64,000 nucleotides of DNA from Octopus vulgaris (lineage: Eukaryota): NCBI GenBank assembly GCA_951406725.2, contig OX597823.1, positions 55,118,001 through 55,182,000 of the forward strand, in the 5' to 3' direction. The position numbers and the translations under genes were made by a program. Below, piece by piece: positions 1-14,412 of the stretch. The number at the start of each line of letters is the position of its first letter. Positions within the stretch are counted from its first letter, which is position 1. Under the pieces are notes generated by a model, which did not search any database, was not told the DNA's origin, and worked only from the letters and a program-made list of their open reading frames with translations.

Positions 1-247
1 AGAAAATGAAACGAATCAAATTAATTTATGAAACTGTGAAACAAAACAGCAAATGAACTTCGCCGAATTTCAGTTTACATAACGGCAAATGAACTTATGA
101 AAACTGAAATTAAGAGATGCATTGCAGCATTTTCTTGCAAGAGATCATAATTACTTTGTCTGTGCCATCACGTAAATAAATACACAGAGTAATAAGTCAA
201 TCATAGAACGATGACTACTATAGCACCGTTTATTTGATCCTTTAAGG

Positions 248-750
248 CAGTAAACCCCAACGACTTTTACATCATGGATCGGTTTCACGCAAGATAAATT
301 TTATACGGACCGGAGGATCGCGAATATTACAAAACACTATAAAGAGCATTACATAATTTAATCATTACATGGATAATACACATATATTGGGTTCAAATTT
401 TGGCACAAAGCCATCAGATTTGGGGAAGAGGCTAAGTCGATTACATAGACCCCGGTGTTCAACTGGTACTTATTTTATTGATCCCGAAAGGAAGAAAGGC
501 AAAGTCGGCCACGGCTGAATTTGAACTTAGAACGTAACGACGGATGAAATGGCGTTAAGCATTTTACCGCCATCTTATAATTAACATTATTTATATATAC
601 AATGCATATATAATGCAAGAAATACCCTGCAGATTGTGATAGTCAATAACATAGAAATAAAGTTTAAAAAATTATATTTTTCTGAGCGACCCGGTGCCAA
701 ATGATCCGTGGACCGGTTCTGATCTGCGGTCCTATGGTTGCCGACCCTTG
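248..750. mobile_element. hAT-Charlie (MER1-like) MITE containing a nested SINE
   Basis: Ends CAGTAAACCCCAAC... and ...GGTTGCCGACCCTTG are degenerate TIRs. 8-bp TSD CTTTAAGG (240-247) / CTCTAAGG (751-758). Subterminal sequence resembles MER1 ends as recalled. Confidence 0.7.
388..577 (-). mobile_element. tRNA-derived SINE family A (Meta-domain-like core), decayed
   Basis: Matches the GAAAGGCAAAGTCG..GAATTTGAACTCAGAACG core seen in many copies in this window. Confidence 0.8.
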
Positions 751-1287
751 CTCTAAGGCACTTTCACGTGCTTCCAACTTGTTGATGTGGGTTCCATCTG
801 ATTTTAAAAATTCGAAGCTGTGATTCCCAGTTCTCTGCTGAATGTCGTAGCCTGGTATTTCTAGGATATGGGGATAGGCTTGTCACAAGTCCCTATACTA
901 AGTGGATCCTGGTAGAACTGACTCCCGAATACATCCTTCGGGTGTATTGCAGTTACGATATGATACCGCATACAGAAATATCTGCCCTGTTTAGCGACAC
1001 ACGTCATCAAAGATTCACTGCTCTGAGAGCACCCTTTCTCTATTCAACATTCATCTGGAATACATAGTTTCATTTATCTCTATTATCATTCTAGCACCAT
1101 CTATCCATATTGGGTTCCGAAGTAGGTAATCTACCCACAATTCCCTCATGTAGTTATAATCAACCACGGTGTTACGTATCATTTTTCAATTCCTCCTCAA
1201 AGAAACGAGCAGTTGTCTGTTCATTTACCCAAACTCAGCTATGGTTATTAGTGAAAGAGTGCTATCTTCAAGTCAGCGTTCTTTTTT

Positions 1288-1440
1288 TTTTCTTTATTGC
1301 CCATAAGGGTCTAAACATAGAGGAGACAAACAAGGACAGACAAAGGGATTACATAGACCCCCGTGCGTAACTGGTACTTAATTTATCGACCCCGAAAGGA
1401 TGAAAGGCAAAGTCGACCTCGGCGGAATTTGAACTCAGAA
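1288..1440 (-). mobile_element. SINE family A, 5'-truncated, tail type 1
   Basis: TTCTTTATTGCCCATAAGGG...CGACCCCGAAAGGATGAAAGGCAAAGTCGACCTCGGCGGAATTTGAACTCAGAA. Confidence 0.85.
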
Positions 1441-2239
1441 GTCAACGTTCTTTCTTAACATACAAATTCATTGTAACCCGTCATCTTTCAGTTACACAGT
1501 CTCCGTATGATATTTTCTCTGACAAAGATGTCTTCTATTGGAAATAGCCCATTGCATCCTCCTCCGTTTTCAAATTAATTCATACACTTCTCAGATTCTC
1601 AACTCAGTCATTCATAATGGTTTTCAATTTCTTGCTTCTCCTTTCGTTTTATATATTTTTGCTCGTGCTAAATATGTTTTCGCATGCTGCTTCAATATGT
1701 TGCTAAGGGAAAATATGGAAATTCTGACTTTCCTGCGTGCCGAAAATAATCGTATCCGATTGGCTGAAAATTCATCAAATTTCACTCCTTAAACGTTCGT
1801 AAGCTCATTACTTACAATTTTTTTTCCCAAAATGTTTATGATTTTCATAATTAACATGAAAATATTACATCTGTGTAGCAATTTCCAAACGAAATCGGTT
1901 CTGGTGCGTCAAAACGAACAGGTTAATTCTTTCCTTCATAACAAATATTAGTTCATTTGAAATGTATAAATGACAATAAAAGCGTTAGAAACATTTTTTT
2001 TCTGAAATAGATCAACTTCAAATTTGCTATAACACATTTTCACCGTTTTTTCCCAATAACGTCTGTTACTAAATTACAGAGAATTTCCAAATTCAGGTTC
2101 TTCGATGTCGCAAGTTCAATAACTTAAAATAATTCATACAAACACATCTATACTAATACCTCACAAAACCACACGCACTTATTTATACAACATTTCTTTT
2201 CTTTTTTTTTCTTTTTTACTCCTTATCACACACATTATA

Positions 2240-2401
2240 GGCGTAGGAGTGGCTGTGTGGTAAGTAGCTTGTTTACCAACCACATGGTCCCGGGTTCAGT
2301 CCGACTGCGTGGCACCTTGGGCAGGTGTCTTCTACTATAGCCTCGGGTCGACCATGGCCTTGTGAGTGGATTTGGTAGACGGAAACTGAAAGAAGCACGT
2401 C

Positions 2402-2438
<37 letters not shown>

Positions 2439-2675
2439 CGTGTGTGTGTGTGTGTGTGTATGTTTGTGCGTCTGTGATTGTCCCCCCCAACATCGCTTGA
2501 CAACCGATGCTGGTGTGTTTACGTCACCGTAACTTAGCGGTTCGGCAAAAGAGACCGAAAGAACGAGTGCCAAGCTTACAAAGAATAAGTCCTGTAGTCG
2601 ATTTGATAGACTAAAGGCGGTGCTCCAGCTTGGCCGCAATCAAATTACTGAAACAAGTAAAAGAGTATAAGAGAG
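2240..2675 (+). mobile_element. tRNA-derived SINE family B (CORE-like, internal microsatellite), full length
   Basis: A box TGGCTGTGTGG, B box GGTTCAGTCC, CORE-like GGCACCTTGGGCAGGTGTC, internal (TA)n(TG)n, tail GGCGGTGCTCCAGC..CTGAAACAAGTAAAAGAG. Confidence 0.9.
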
Positions 2676-3473
2676 TTTCAATCATTAAACTGCAGCCATG
2701 CAGTAATGCTGGGGAATTTTAGTTGAACGAATCGACCCAGGCACTTATTTTTATTTTGAGCATGGTATTTATTCTATCGATCTCTTTTGTGGAACTCCTA
2801 TGTTACAGAGGATATAAACACACCAACACCGGTTTTCAATCTGCGGTGGTGGGATAAACACACACACACACACACTCACACTCTCTGTCTTACTCTCACG
2901 TGACCTGGTCAATCCTTGGCGCCCTCTGTCTTCCACCCGCTTTAATTCCTTCTCTCTCTTTCTCTCTTTCTCTCTCTCTACCCTCTTGTGACCTGCTGCT
3001 TAACAAGCCATTTCGTTGGTGACCGCAGCCCGCGCAACATCGTTCCCCCCTCTGCCGAAAAGGCAATTTTTTCCAAACACGCCTGCTAGATATGTTAAAT
3101 TTGTCTCAATTTGTCTAAAGTCGTAAGACACCTGCTGTTATCCTGTTATTAACCATTCTTGTTTTTATTTTTATTTTTAGTTTTCGTTTTTTTGTATTTA
3201 TATTCGTCCTTGTTGCGTTTACATTCGTTCCTTTTTCCAAGAAATCTAATGCTCACAGCTTATTTTTTCCTTGGGGCTGGCCGCGTTGGAGCAAATATCA
3301 GAATTAATCAGCCGAAATTTGCCATGATGATCCGGTTTCTGACTGAAGATTAAAGGGTTCGAATGACCCGTCTGTTTTCTGTGTTCGCCCCTTTGTGTAT
3401 TTCACGTTCTTGTTTCTTTATATATATACACATACATAAATAAATATATATATATACCTATACATAAATGAAT

Positions 3474-3525
<52 letters not shown>

Positions 3526-3551
3526 TATATATAGATATGTATATTTATATG

Positions 3552-3583
<32 letters not shown>

Positions 3584-3600
3584 TGTGTATACACACACGC

Positions 3601-3646
<46 letters not shown>

Positions 3647-3719
3647 GTATATATATAGGTATGTATATACCTACATATAAAAAAATAAACCAATTAAAAT
3701 ACATCCACATTCAACAACA

Positions 3720-5185
3720 ATGAAAAGGCTGGAGTTGGAAAAGCTTCATCTGCAGACCGACATGAAAAACTCTATTGAAAATCAAAGAGCCGCAGTGTAA
3801 CACTGGGTAATCCCCCCAAAAAATCAAACAGAACCCAGAAATGTTCTACTCTTATGCAAATAAGCATAGAACCGCTGTCTCACCCATTGGGCCATTGATC
3901 GGTGATAACGGCATTCCCCAACACGATGCTAAAGAAATGGCAGAAATACTGCAGAAACAATACTGCTCTGTCTTTAGTGATCCCTCTGATATTGACGTAA
4001 GTGAAGCGAACGAAGTTGATTCCCAATATATAATCTCGGACATAACCTTCACTGCCTCAGACATCATAGTAGCAATAAATGAGGTCAAATACTATTCTAC
4101 TGTAGGCCCTGATAGATTCTCCGCTTGTCTCCCGAAGGAATGTAGACACTAATTTGCAGTCCATCTGACCAACCTCTAGTGAAATTCTTTAGACTCAGGT
4201 TATATACCGAAACAGCTCCTAACCCAGTCGGTGATCTCGGTTTTCAAACAGGGAAACAGATCTCTCGCAGTCAACTCTCGCCCAATCTCACTCACCTCCC
4301 ACATCATTAAAGTGTTTGAAAGAGTGGAAAGATCAAGGATAGCTGACTTCCTGGAGATCCACAAACTCCTAAATGCAAATCAGCATAGCTTTCGCTATGG
4401 CAGGGATTGTCTATCACAGCTCTTACACACATTGAGGATATACTTAAAGCCTTGGGAACAGGTTCAACTCTGATATCATATATCTTGACTTCAGTAAAGC
4501 ATTCAACAGGGTTGACCACAATATCTCAAAATTGGCAAATGTTGGAGTCCGTAGAAAACTTCTACACTGGATTGAGTATTTCTTGGCGAATAGAACACAA
4601 CATGTTGTGGTCGATGGGGTCCACTCAAGCCCAGCGAAAGTCACCAATGATGTCCCTCAGGTGACAGTCTTGGTCCCGCTCCTCTTTATAATCTACATAA
4701 ACGACTTTTCCAGTGTCGTAAATCACTGCAAACTGAAAATATTTGCTGATGATACTAAGCTCCAGCAAATCATCAATGAAGAAGAAGACCGAACTCAACT
4801 CCAGTCTGATCTATATGCGGTGAGTCAAAGGGTAGACAAAAATAAAATGCAACAAAACGAGAGAAAATTTGAGCTGATGCATTTTGGAAAAAAGGCTATA
4901 CTAAAACAACCATACCCACTTCCTCCAGGGGAACCGCTCGCAGCATCTAATATTATCAGAGACCTGTGTGTAATTGTGGATAACAATCTCAGTTAGAGTA
5001 TCCACATCAACAATAAGGTCAATATAGCTCGTAGGACGAACTCCTGGATCTTAAGGACCTCCCGGTCCAGAGAACAAGGTGTCATCATTCCACTTTTCTC
5101 CTCCTTTGTATGGTCACACCTCGAATACTGCTGCCCCTTGTGGTCTCCCTATACAACACAAAATATCTCGAAAATTGAATGTCTC
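3720..5185 (+). pseudogene. CR1-group LINE ORF2 (reverse transcriptase), 5'-truncated, with frameshifts and stops
   Basis: ORF fragments 3841-4996 read GPDRFS, RPISLTSHIIKVFER, NQHSFR.GR.C, VPQ.TVL.PLLFIIYIND and IFADDTKL. Further on is HLEYCCPLWSP. Confidence 0.9.
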
Positions 5186-5344
5186 TGATCGATATTTTAC
5201 AAAGCCAGGGATTATATTGAGACTTCGTTTAACTAACAAATGCGAAATATAACTGGAAATCTCTGTACCACTGACGGCAAGACCAGCAGCGTCAGCGATG
5301 GTAGTAGCAGCAGCAGCAGCAGCATACTACCTGACAGTAGTATC

Positions 5345-5558
5345 AGTTTCAAATTTTGGTACAAGGCCAGCAATTTTAGAAGAGAGGTTAAGTCGATTAC
5401 ACCAATTCCAGTACTCAACTGGAACCTATTTTATCGACCTCGAAAAAATGAAAGGCAAAATCGACCTCGGTGGAATTTGAATTCAGTACGTAAAGACGGA
5501 CGAAATACCGCTAAATATTTTGCCCGGCGTACTAAGGACACTGTCAGCTTGCCGTCTT
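5345..5558 (-). mobile_element. SINE family A
   Basis: Family A core and head present on the minus strand. Confidence 0.8.
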
Positions 5559-5571
5559 CTGACAGTATGTA

Positions 5572-5790
5572 ATATCTGGCGTTCTGTGACAGGTATATGG
5601 TCGAGCCTATGGCAGTGGAGATACCCGGCGTTTTCGACTCCAGGACCATAACCCTGCGGACCATAAACCTATCGAGGCAGAGATGGTTATCTGGCAGTGC
5701 GAGTCCCATGTGTCAGAGTGACTGTCCCAGCGCTTCTCCTCACCATCCCACAGAACATCACCTTTTCCATTTTGTCTGCTGGGACCATGA
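5572..5790 (+). pseudogene. Possible decayed C-terminal RLE fragment of a CRE-like non-LTR retrotransposon
   Basis: VEPMAVEIPGVF..RT, then LSQRFS and NITFSILSAG across frames, resemble the CRE-clade end F.P.AVET.G...L.QR.S....GNA.SIL. GC-richer than the flanks. Confidence 0.4.
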
Positions 5791-5937
5791 TGAGGTGGTT
5801 TGAATTACAAGAAATCAAGAAAATGGAAGAATTTCGTAGCTTAATATCCCTAGTTGGTCTTCATATAATCAAAGTAGTAATGTTTAATTTCCAAGAAGTT
5901 AAACTTCCTTTTCGTCTTGGCATTGTGCATGCGCGTC

Positions 5938-5978
<41 letters not shown>

Positions 5979-5988
5979 ATGTGTGTGT

Positions 5989-6029
<41 letters not shown>

Positions 6030-6416
6030 CGTGTGTGCGTGTGTGTGGTTGAGTAAGAAATATCAATTTAGATAAATAGAGACAGAATTAAAGAAAGAAA
6101 AGAAATGAAATAGAGTTTCAACTTTTGAAGCGTTAATAAGCAAAACATATTTATATATATATATATTGCTAAACGTGAACAAACTGAGTTGAAAATTATA
6201 TATACACTTTATATATAAACGATAGAAGTTCAAAGACGACAAAGTTCAAAAACAATACTATGAAGACCATAAAAGCGTTGAAAGCAAACGAAAACATCGC
6301 CTCACATTAAACTTGAACGTGTTCGAGCTGGAGAACAAACGTTCAGAAATTGGTAGCGATTGCAAGAAGAAAGAAAAGCAAGGCAATGTAAGGTCTGTCT
6401 GCCTGTCAATCTAAGT

Positions 6417-6453
<37 letters not shown>

Positions 6454-6509
6454 TATGTACATGCATACACACACATAAGTATGCATGTATTTATATATAT
6501 GTATAAGAG

Positions 6510-6710
6510 TAGGCGTGGTTATGTGCTGAGAAGCTTTCTTCCCAACCACATGGTTCCGGGTTCGATCCAACTTAACAACCAACGTTGGTGTGTTTATGTC
6601 CCCGAAACTTAGCGGTTCGGCAAAGGGGTCTGATAGAATAAGTCCTGGGGTCGATTTGTTCGACTAAAGGCGGTGCTCCAGCATGGTCACTGTCAAATGA
6701 CTGGAACGTG
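6510..6710 (+). mobile_element. SINE family B with internal deletions
   Basis: Head CCAACCACATGGTTCCGGGTTCGATCC joined to the 3' half and tail GGCGGTGCTCCAGCATGG. Confidence 0.75.
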
Positions 6711-6713
6711 TAG

Positions 6714-6825
<112 letters not shown>

Positions 6826-7939
6826 ATATGGAGAGAGAAAGAGAGAGAGAGAGAGAGAATAAAACGAAGGAAATACTCTGGGAACTTTATCATGGAAAAG
6901 AGTAGTATATTATTTGCATTTTTAACTAAACAGCTACCGGTTTCGATCACTCTAAGAAAACAATCTAGTTGTGCTAATATATAAGGGAAAATAAGTTGAA
7001 ACAAATTAAATTAATCCTTAATATTTACTAAAATCACTTTTAGAAGTTCACATATTTTTGTTATAAAGACCACACGATGCTGTAATTCTTATATACATGA
7101 ATTCATGCATGAACATAAATACATACAAGGTACATGTATGAGTATTTGTGTATGTATGCATACGTGATTGTAATCAGAACTGTTGAATAGAACAAAAATA
7201 CCTTACAGTCTTTGGTTCTGTACTGGATCGTTCTTTTACACTCATTTTTCTTCGCCGTTCTAAATTGATGATATCGATAAATTATGGAACAAACAAAATT
7301 ATAGGGGCGATGTAATCTCCTAAAACAACCTATTGAGGGATATGTCCCATCATGGTCGCAATTTAATGATGGAAACCAACGAACAACTAAAATATCACGC
7401 TAAATTTGTAATCGTTTTAATTAGAGAAATAAATTTTGAAGAGAAATACTAACAAGCAAAATTACAGCATGGCATTAAAAGCATCAAAAGGAAGACAAAT
7501 AAACCCCCTAATGAGTTATTAAGTGGTTGATTAACTTCCTAGATATAGCAGCCAAATCTCCACCAAATTCCACCCTGCTGTCTATACAAATTATATCGTA
7601 TTTTCTAAAGAAAGAACACCAGTCCGTGTTATATCACACCACCGTTTAGAATAACTAAGTTTACCAATTTGCCATCAGATCACATGCTACAGTTTTAAAG
7701 ATGGAAATTTGTCAAGTCTCTGTCAAACCATTCTCTTGCGCTATTGTGATGAAATAGATTGTTTGAGAAAAAAGATAAATATTAATTCACGGGTAAAAAT
7801 TGTAACCAATTTCGTAAAAGGTCTGTTGTATCAGGGCCGACCTAGGGGTAAACAATAAAATCAGCTACAGCAGAATTACAGCTATATATATTTATGTGAG
7901 TTGTGTGTATGTGTATGTGTGTGTGTGTGAATACATATT

Positions 7940-8578
7940 AGTATCATATTTTAGTACAAGGCCAGAAATTTCGTGGGTGGGGCTAAGTCGATTAGATCAA
8001 CCCCAGTATTTCGTATTTACAACTGGGACCTATTTTATCGAACCCAAAAGGAGGAAAGGCAAAGTCGACCTCGTGGCATATGACGTACGAAATGCCGTGG
8101 CGAAGACGTACGAAATGCCGCTTGGCTAACGATTCTGCCTCCTTGCCACGTTTAGGTATGCTTATATAATGCAATGTCGAAGGGTGGGGAGTAAGTTGAT
8201 TACATCGACCCCAGTGCTCAGCTGTACTTAATCTCTCGACTCCGAAAGGTATAAAAGGCCAAGTGGACCCCGGTAGAATTTGAATTCAGAACGTAAAATC
8301 GAACGAGATGCCGCTAAGCATTTTGCCCGACGTGCTAACGATTCTGCCAGTTCATCACCTTATATATATGCTTGCTTACATATTCTTTTCTACATATTCT
8401 TTTCTACTCTAGGCACAAGGCTAGATTAGATGGATCCCTGGTACTTGATTTATCGATCCCGAGAGGATGAAAGGCAAAGTCGACCTCGTCGGAATTTGAA
8501 CTCAGAACGTAAAGACGAACGAGATGCCGCTAAGCATTTCGCCCGGTGTGCTAATGAATCTGCCAGCTAGCCGCCTTA
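7940..8578 (-). mobile_element. Three adjacent SINE family A copies
   Basis: Three successive family A cores (~7940-8150, 8170-8362, 8390-8578), each followed by a TATATGCTT-like spacer. Confidence 0.8.
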
Positions 8579-9246
8579 TATGTATGCTTGCTTACATATT
8601 GCGATCCGTTTCATTCCAGACAAAAGTTATAATAGTATTGAAACGAAGCTGAGAAAATTCTATAAATAGCTAGCGTTATGGTGAAAGGTGGAGGAAGACA
8701 GAAATGGCAGAACTAGATGCGAGGAAAGGTAGGAGGAACAAAAGATTGAAAGTAAACAGCTGCTTGCAATTTTTTTCGGTGATGAAATTTTCAAATAATA
8801 AATAAATAAATAAATAAAGAAAGAAATAAAAATAATATGTTGAAAGGATGCGTTTGGAAAATTATTAGCTGTTACAGTAAGTTGCTTTGAATGTAAACCG
8901 TTGGTGAATTGAAGCAAAAATTATTGAGTTTATATAATTGGTTGAAGGGAGGTGATTTAATTAAAAATTTGTTAATTGTAAGTGAAGTTATATAAGATAA
9001 TTGAAACTAAAATTAGTCAGGTTAAAATATTAAATTATGTTTACATATATAACAAAGGGATTGACGAGAAATACAAGTGATGTAAATAAATAAGGAAATA
9101 AATACGTGGAGCAATGATGATGCTTGAAAGACCATTGTTAACAGATATTGGGAGACGTAAAAAAAAGAGTTTCTTTTTAAAAGAGTTTCTTTTTAAAAGA
9201 GTCCTCTGTTCTTGAGTAAATTAAGATCATGACGAATATGTTAGGG

Positions 9247-9717
9247 TAGTGGTTCTCAATCATATTTTGACCTTCGATTCCTATTTTACTCTGATGGACC
9301 ATCATAGCCATAAGAGGTTTAAAAAAAATCCTATTACAGCAATCCTCGCCATATCGCGGTTCACCTATCGCGGTTTATTATTTAAGCTTACGTCGATTCC
9401 TCCGTGGTGTTGTTTTGCATTTATAATAAAATAAATACATACAAATTATAAAAATGATTTTAAAAAACATACAGTACAGGACTGTTTCTATTTCGAGGAT
9501 TTTCATCTATCGCGGGGGTTTTGGAACGTAATACCCGCGATAGTCGAGGGATTACTGTATATTTTTATAATTAAATATTATTAGGAATTGCATAAAAAGA
9601 ATTTTTTAAATATTTTGTGTATTGTAGAAGAGTAACCAATTTATTGAACGTAAATTTTAAAACTAAAATCTTAGAAGTAACTCCAAAGGAAATGTGCACC
9701 CCGGTTGAGAACCAAAG
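9247..9717. mobile_element. hAT-type MITE (old), interrupted by a Tigger-like MITE
   Basis: TIRs TAGTGGTTCTCAA / TTGAGAACCAAAG (Charlie-type). Flanks TGTTAGGG / GGTTAGAA match only partly as a TSD. Confidence 0.55.
9337..9557. mobile_element. Tigger/pogo-like MITE
   Basis: TIRs CAGCAATCCTCGCCATATCGCGG / CCGCGATAGTCGAGGGATTACTG, flanked by TA on both sides. Confidence 0.75.
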
Positions 9718-9779
9718 GGTTAGAATACATAAAGTCTTGGAAAAATATAACGAAGACATGAGGTCGATAATAATATTCT

Positions 9780-10294
<515 letters not shown>

Positions 10295-10295
<1 letters not shown>

Positions 10296-10594
10296 TTTAT
10301 CTTTTTACTTGTTTTGAAGAATTTTAGTCGGTATCTATTTTTATTTTAACCCTGGTAATTATTTTATCTGTTTCTTTTGCCAAACTGATAGGTACTATGG
10401 GGTCGTAAACACATCGACACCGGTTGTGAAGCGGCAGCGGAGAGAAAGCACGAAGGCATGGTCTACTAACTCCACTCACAAGGCTTTGGTCGGCTCGAGG
10501 TTATAGTAGAAGATACCTGCCCAGGTGTCATGCAGTGGGACTGAACGCGGAACCGTGTAGTTCGGAAGCAAACATCTTACCACCCAGCTGTGCA

Positions 10595-10640
<46 letters not shown>

Positions 10641-10983
10641 CTCTTTTACTTGTTTCAGTCATTTGACTGCGGCCATGCTGGACCCCAGGACTTATTCTTT
10701 GTAAGCATATCGGGCCCTTTTGCCGAACCGCTAAGTTATGGGGACGTAAACACACCAGAATCGATTGTGAAGCGATGTTGGGGGACGAACATAGACACAC
10801 AAAAATATACGCTCACACATACATATACACATATATACATATATACACATATATGACGGACTTCTTTCAGTTTCCGTCTACCAAATCCACTCACAAGGCT
10901 TTAGTCAGCCCAAGGTACCACGCTGTGGGACTGAACCCGGAACCATGTGGTTGGTAAGCAAGCTACTTACCACATAGCCACTC

Positions 10984-10986
<3 letters not shown>
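10295..10986 (-). mobile_element. Two adjacent SINE family B copies
   Basis: Reverse-complement tail CTTTTACTTGTTT and head motifs, at ~10295-10600 and ~10640-10986. Confidence 0.8.
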
Positions 10987-11075
<89 letters not shown>

Positions 11076-11433
11076 TGTACACAAATAAACCTATACGTAT
11101 TTTTGCATATATGTATATGTGTATGTAAGTGTATGTCTGTTTTGTGTATATGTATATGTGTCTGTGTATTTGCTTGTGTATATACATACTTAAACGTACA
11201 CAGATAATTCCGGTTGATGAAGTAAATAGCACATTAACTTGTGTATATAGCTTAACAGTAGCTTTTACGATCGCTCTATTTGTCCAGTTATATGTATTCT
11301 GTCTGTCATCACAGACCTACCTATATGTACTTACACTTATGAAGAGATGCGTTTGTGTCTGCGCGCGAGCATATGTGCGTCTTATGCATGTATATATGGT
11401 TATACACACACTCACACACACAGGCACATACAC

Positions 11434-11491
<58 letters not shown>

Positions 11492-11951
11492 TCATATATG
11501 CATATATATACATGTGTATATATACATATACATACATATATATAGATACATATACATATATGCATATATATACATGTGTATATATAAATATACATACATA
11601 CATATATATATATAAATTATATATATTTATATGTATATATATATAAATATGTATACATGTATGAATATGTATATATATATATATTTGTATATCAGTCAGT
11701 ATGTATGTGTTTATAAACACACACACACACACGTATATATATCATATCCGTGTATGCATGTGTGTAAGCATGTATGCATATACGTGTATGTCGTGTTTAT
11801 GTAACGTATGTATGCGTATGTCTGTTAATCGTTCGCTGTATTTCTTTTCAATGTCGACCTCAATGAATAATTTTTTCTACAAGTCATTCCAAACACCAAT
11901 GTCTTCAAGCTGCCAATTCAAATCTTCTCATTTCCTCCACCGCCACTCTTC

Positions 11952-11993
<42 letters not shown>

Positions 11994-13187
11994 TTCTTTC
12001 TTCACCTCTTTGTCTCTTTTTCACTCACTCTCTGTCTCTCTCTGTCTTCGTATCTTTGTTTCTCTTTTACTATCTCTCTCACACTTCATCCCTTTCTCTC
12101 TCTTTCTTTCTCTCCCTCTCTCTCCCCCATTTCCTATATTTCTTTTTCTTCTACGCATTCTGTCTGCTTCTTGCAATCACGTCTTTCACCCTGTTGCTGT
12201 CTGTCTGTCTGTCTGCCTCTCACTCTCTCTGTCTCTCGCTGTCCCTCTCTCATTCTTAACTAAATTTATTTCTTCCTCTTTCTCCCGCTTCTTTCTCTCT
12301 CTCTCTTACTCATTGACACTTAACAAACCGATTTTCAATAGATGTCTTTCTTTGCCTTCACCCTCTCATCCCCCCACCATCTCACAACCCCCTCCTTCAC
12401 CTCGCCATTTTGACTATCCTCCCGCCGCACACGTACCTATAACGAACATATTCATACACTCGCACATACACAGGCAGAAACACAAACACACACACACAAG
12501 CACACAACAACAACAAACACATACACAGCGACACTCAGTATTGTTCAGTTCTTCTTTGAATAATGTCATTCCTATCGGAAGCTTTCAAATTTTGTCTGCA
12601 CATTTCTGCTACCTGTTCTTCAATTGTGAATTCTTCAGCGGCAGTAAGATTGAACAATCTCTATTGCCAATAGGATCTCACATTATACATCTATACATAC
12701 ACACAAGCAGACATAAACGCATTCATACATACAGACACACATACACACAAACACACGCATACACATACACACACATATACATAACGTAACGTACACAGTT
12801 TTGATTCTATTCGTTCAAAATTTTCATTCTTTCACTTTCATTTTCGTACTCCACCCCACCCCCACCTTCGTTTTATTTTAGGGGTGGGACAGGGGTTCCT
12901 TCTTGCTCTTTTACTATTTCTCACTTCCTTCTCTCTTACACCATCAATATACAATACATTCCACCTTCACCTCTCCACATTTCAACTATTTCATAGCCAT
13001 TCAAAGACTCACGTCGAACTCTCTTAGACTATTCATTACCATTATGTATTATATGGGAATGCGGTATTTACTGAAATCATTCTACGTTCTAAGTTCAAAT
13101 CCAACGAAGGTCACTTTTGCTTTTCGTTCTTCAAGATTTTTTGTTCTTATATTTTCTTACATGAGAGCCACTGTTTTGGCACTGCAT

Positions 13188-13238
13188 ATTCTTCTTCTTC
13201 TTCTTCTTCTTCTTCTTCTTCTTCTTCTTCTTCTTCTT

Positions 13239-13327
<89 letters not shown>

Positions 13328-13422
13328 TACTATTATTATTATTATTATAATAATAATAATAATAATAATTATTATTATTATTATCCTTATTATTATTAAT
13401 AATAATAATAATAATAATAACA

Positions 13423-13497
<75 letters not shown>

Positions 13498-13498
13498 G

Positions 13499-13557
<59 letters not shown>
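13188..13557. repeat. Compound trinucleotide microsatellite (CTT)n-(TTA)n-(TAA)n
   Basis: Read directly; the TTA/TAA orientation switches several times. Confidence 0.95.
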
Positions 13558-13558
<1 letters not shown>

Positions 13559-14111
13559 CCCTGATGCAGTACCAGGCAGTGGCTCTCATGGCTTCTGATC
13601 TTAACTGATTGGAAGTGTTATCATGTACATTGTTTTGTCTTGGTATAAAAGATGGGCTACAGCAAATATTCTGCTCAATACCACAGATTTGCTTGTCAGT
13701 TGTTTGACTTTAACCAGTTGATCATGTCCCTTAGTGGCTGACAATATGTGCATCTCTGATCACGAGCAGAAGTAGTGGGGGAGCATCATACCCATGTGTT
13801 GAGAGGGATTCTTTGGGGTTTGAATAATTCACCTCTGGAAACATGGGTGGTTCTTTCAACATCCTTAAACAACCCTTATTCAGGGACCTTTTGAGCGGGA
13901 TGGGCTACTCAACCTGAAGAAAATTCTAACTGGGCCCCACCTGCAAGGTCATGTGCTGTTTATCTTGATATGAGCTCATCATGTCGCGCACATATGGTTG
14001 TGATGCATGTGCCTGGTGTACCTTTATCAGACGGGTAGTCATGATGGGTATATTGGGCTTCGTATATTTTACCCCAGTGTCACTTTGATGGCATGCACTG
14101 CTCTCTCACTC
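13558..14111 (+). mobile_element. ~550-bp non-coding element flanked by (TAA)n, copy 1
   Basis: Near-identical inverted copy at 23573-24091. Both copies are bounded by TAA repeats, and the 3' end is CTCTCTCACTC(AAT)n. Confidence 0.85.
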
Positions 14112-14127
14112 AATAATAATAATAATA

Positions 14128-14337
14128 AGGCGAGCTGGCAGAATCGTTAGCACGCTGGAAAAAATGCTTGGCGGCATTTCGTCTGGCTTTACGTTCTGAG
14201 TTCAAATTCCACTGAGGTCGAAGTTGCCTTTCATCCTTTTGCGGTTGATAAATTACGCACCAATGAAACAGTGGGGTCGATATAATCGACTTGTCTCCTC
14301 CCCTAAAGTGGCTGCCCTTGAGTAAAAAAATTGAAAC

Positions 14338-14340
<3 letters not shown>
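14128..14340 (+). mobile_element. SINE family A with (TTA)n tail
   Basis: GGCGAGCTGGCAGAATCGTTAGCACG head, GTTCAAATTCC B box, core, then (TTA)n. Confidence 0.85.

Positions 14341-14412
<72 letters not shown>

Noticed and set aside
1720-1930. DNA transposon arm resembling part of 17231-17850
   Set aside because: Only a GATTGGCTGAAAAT-type motif is shared; no paired end was found.
3335-3375. Hammerhead candidate CTGAAGA...CGAATG
   Set aside because: No convincing stem II, and GAAT instead of GAAA.
11701-12789. 362-aa ORF
   Set aside because: It runs through (CT)n and (CA)n low-complexity sequence that lacks stops; no domain motifs.
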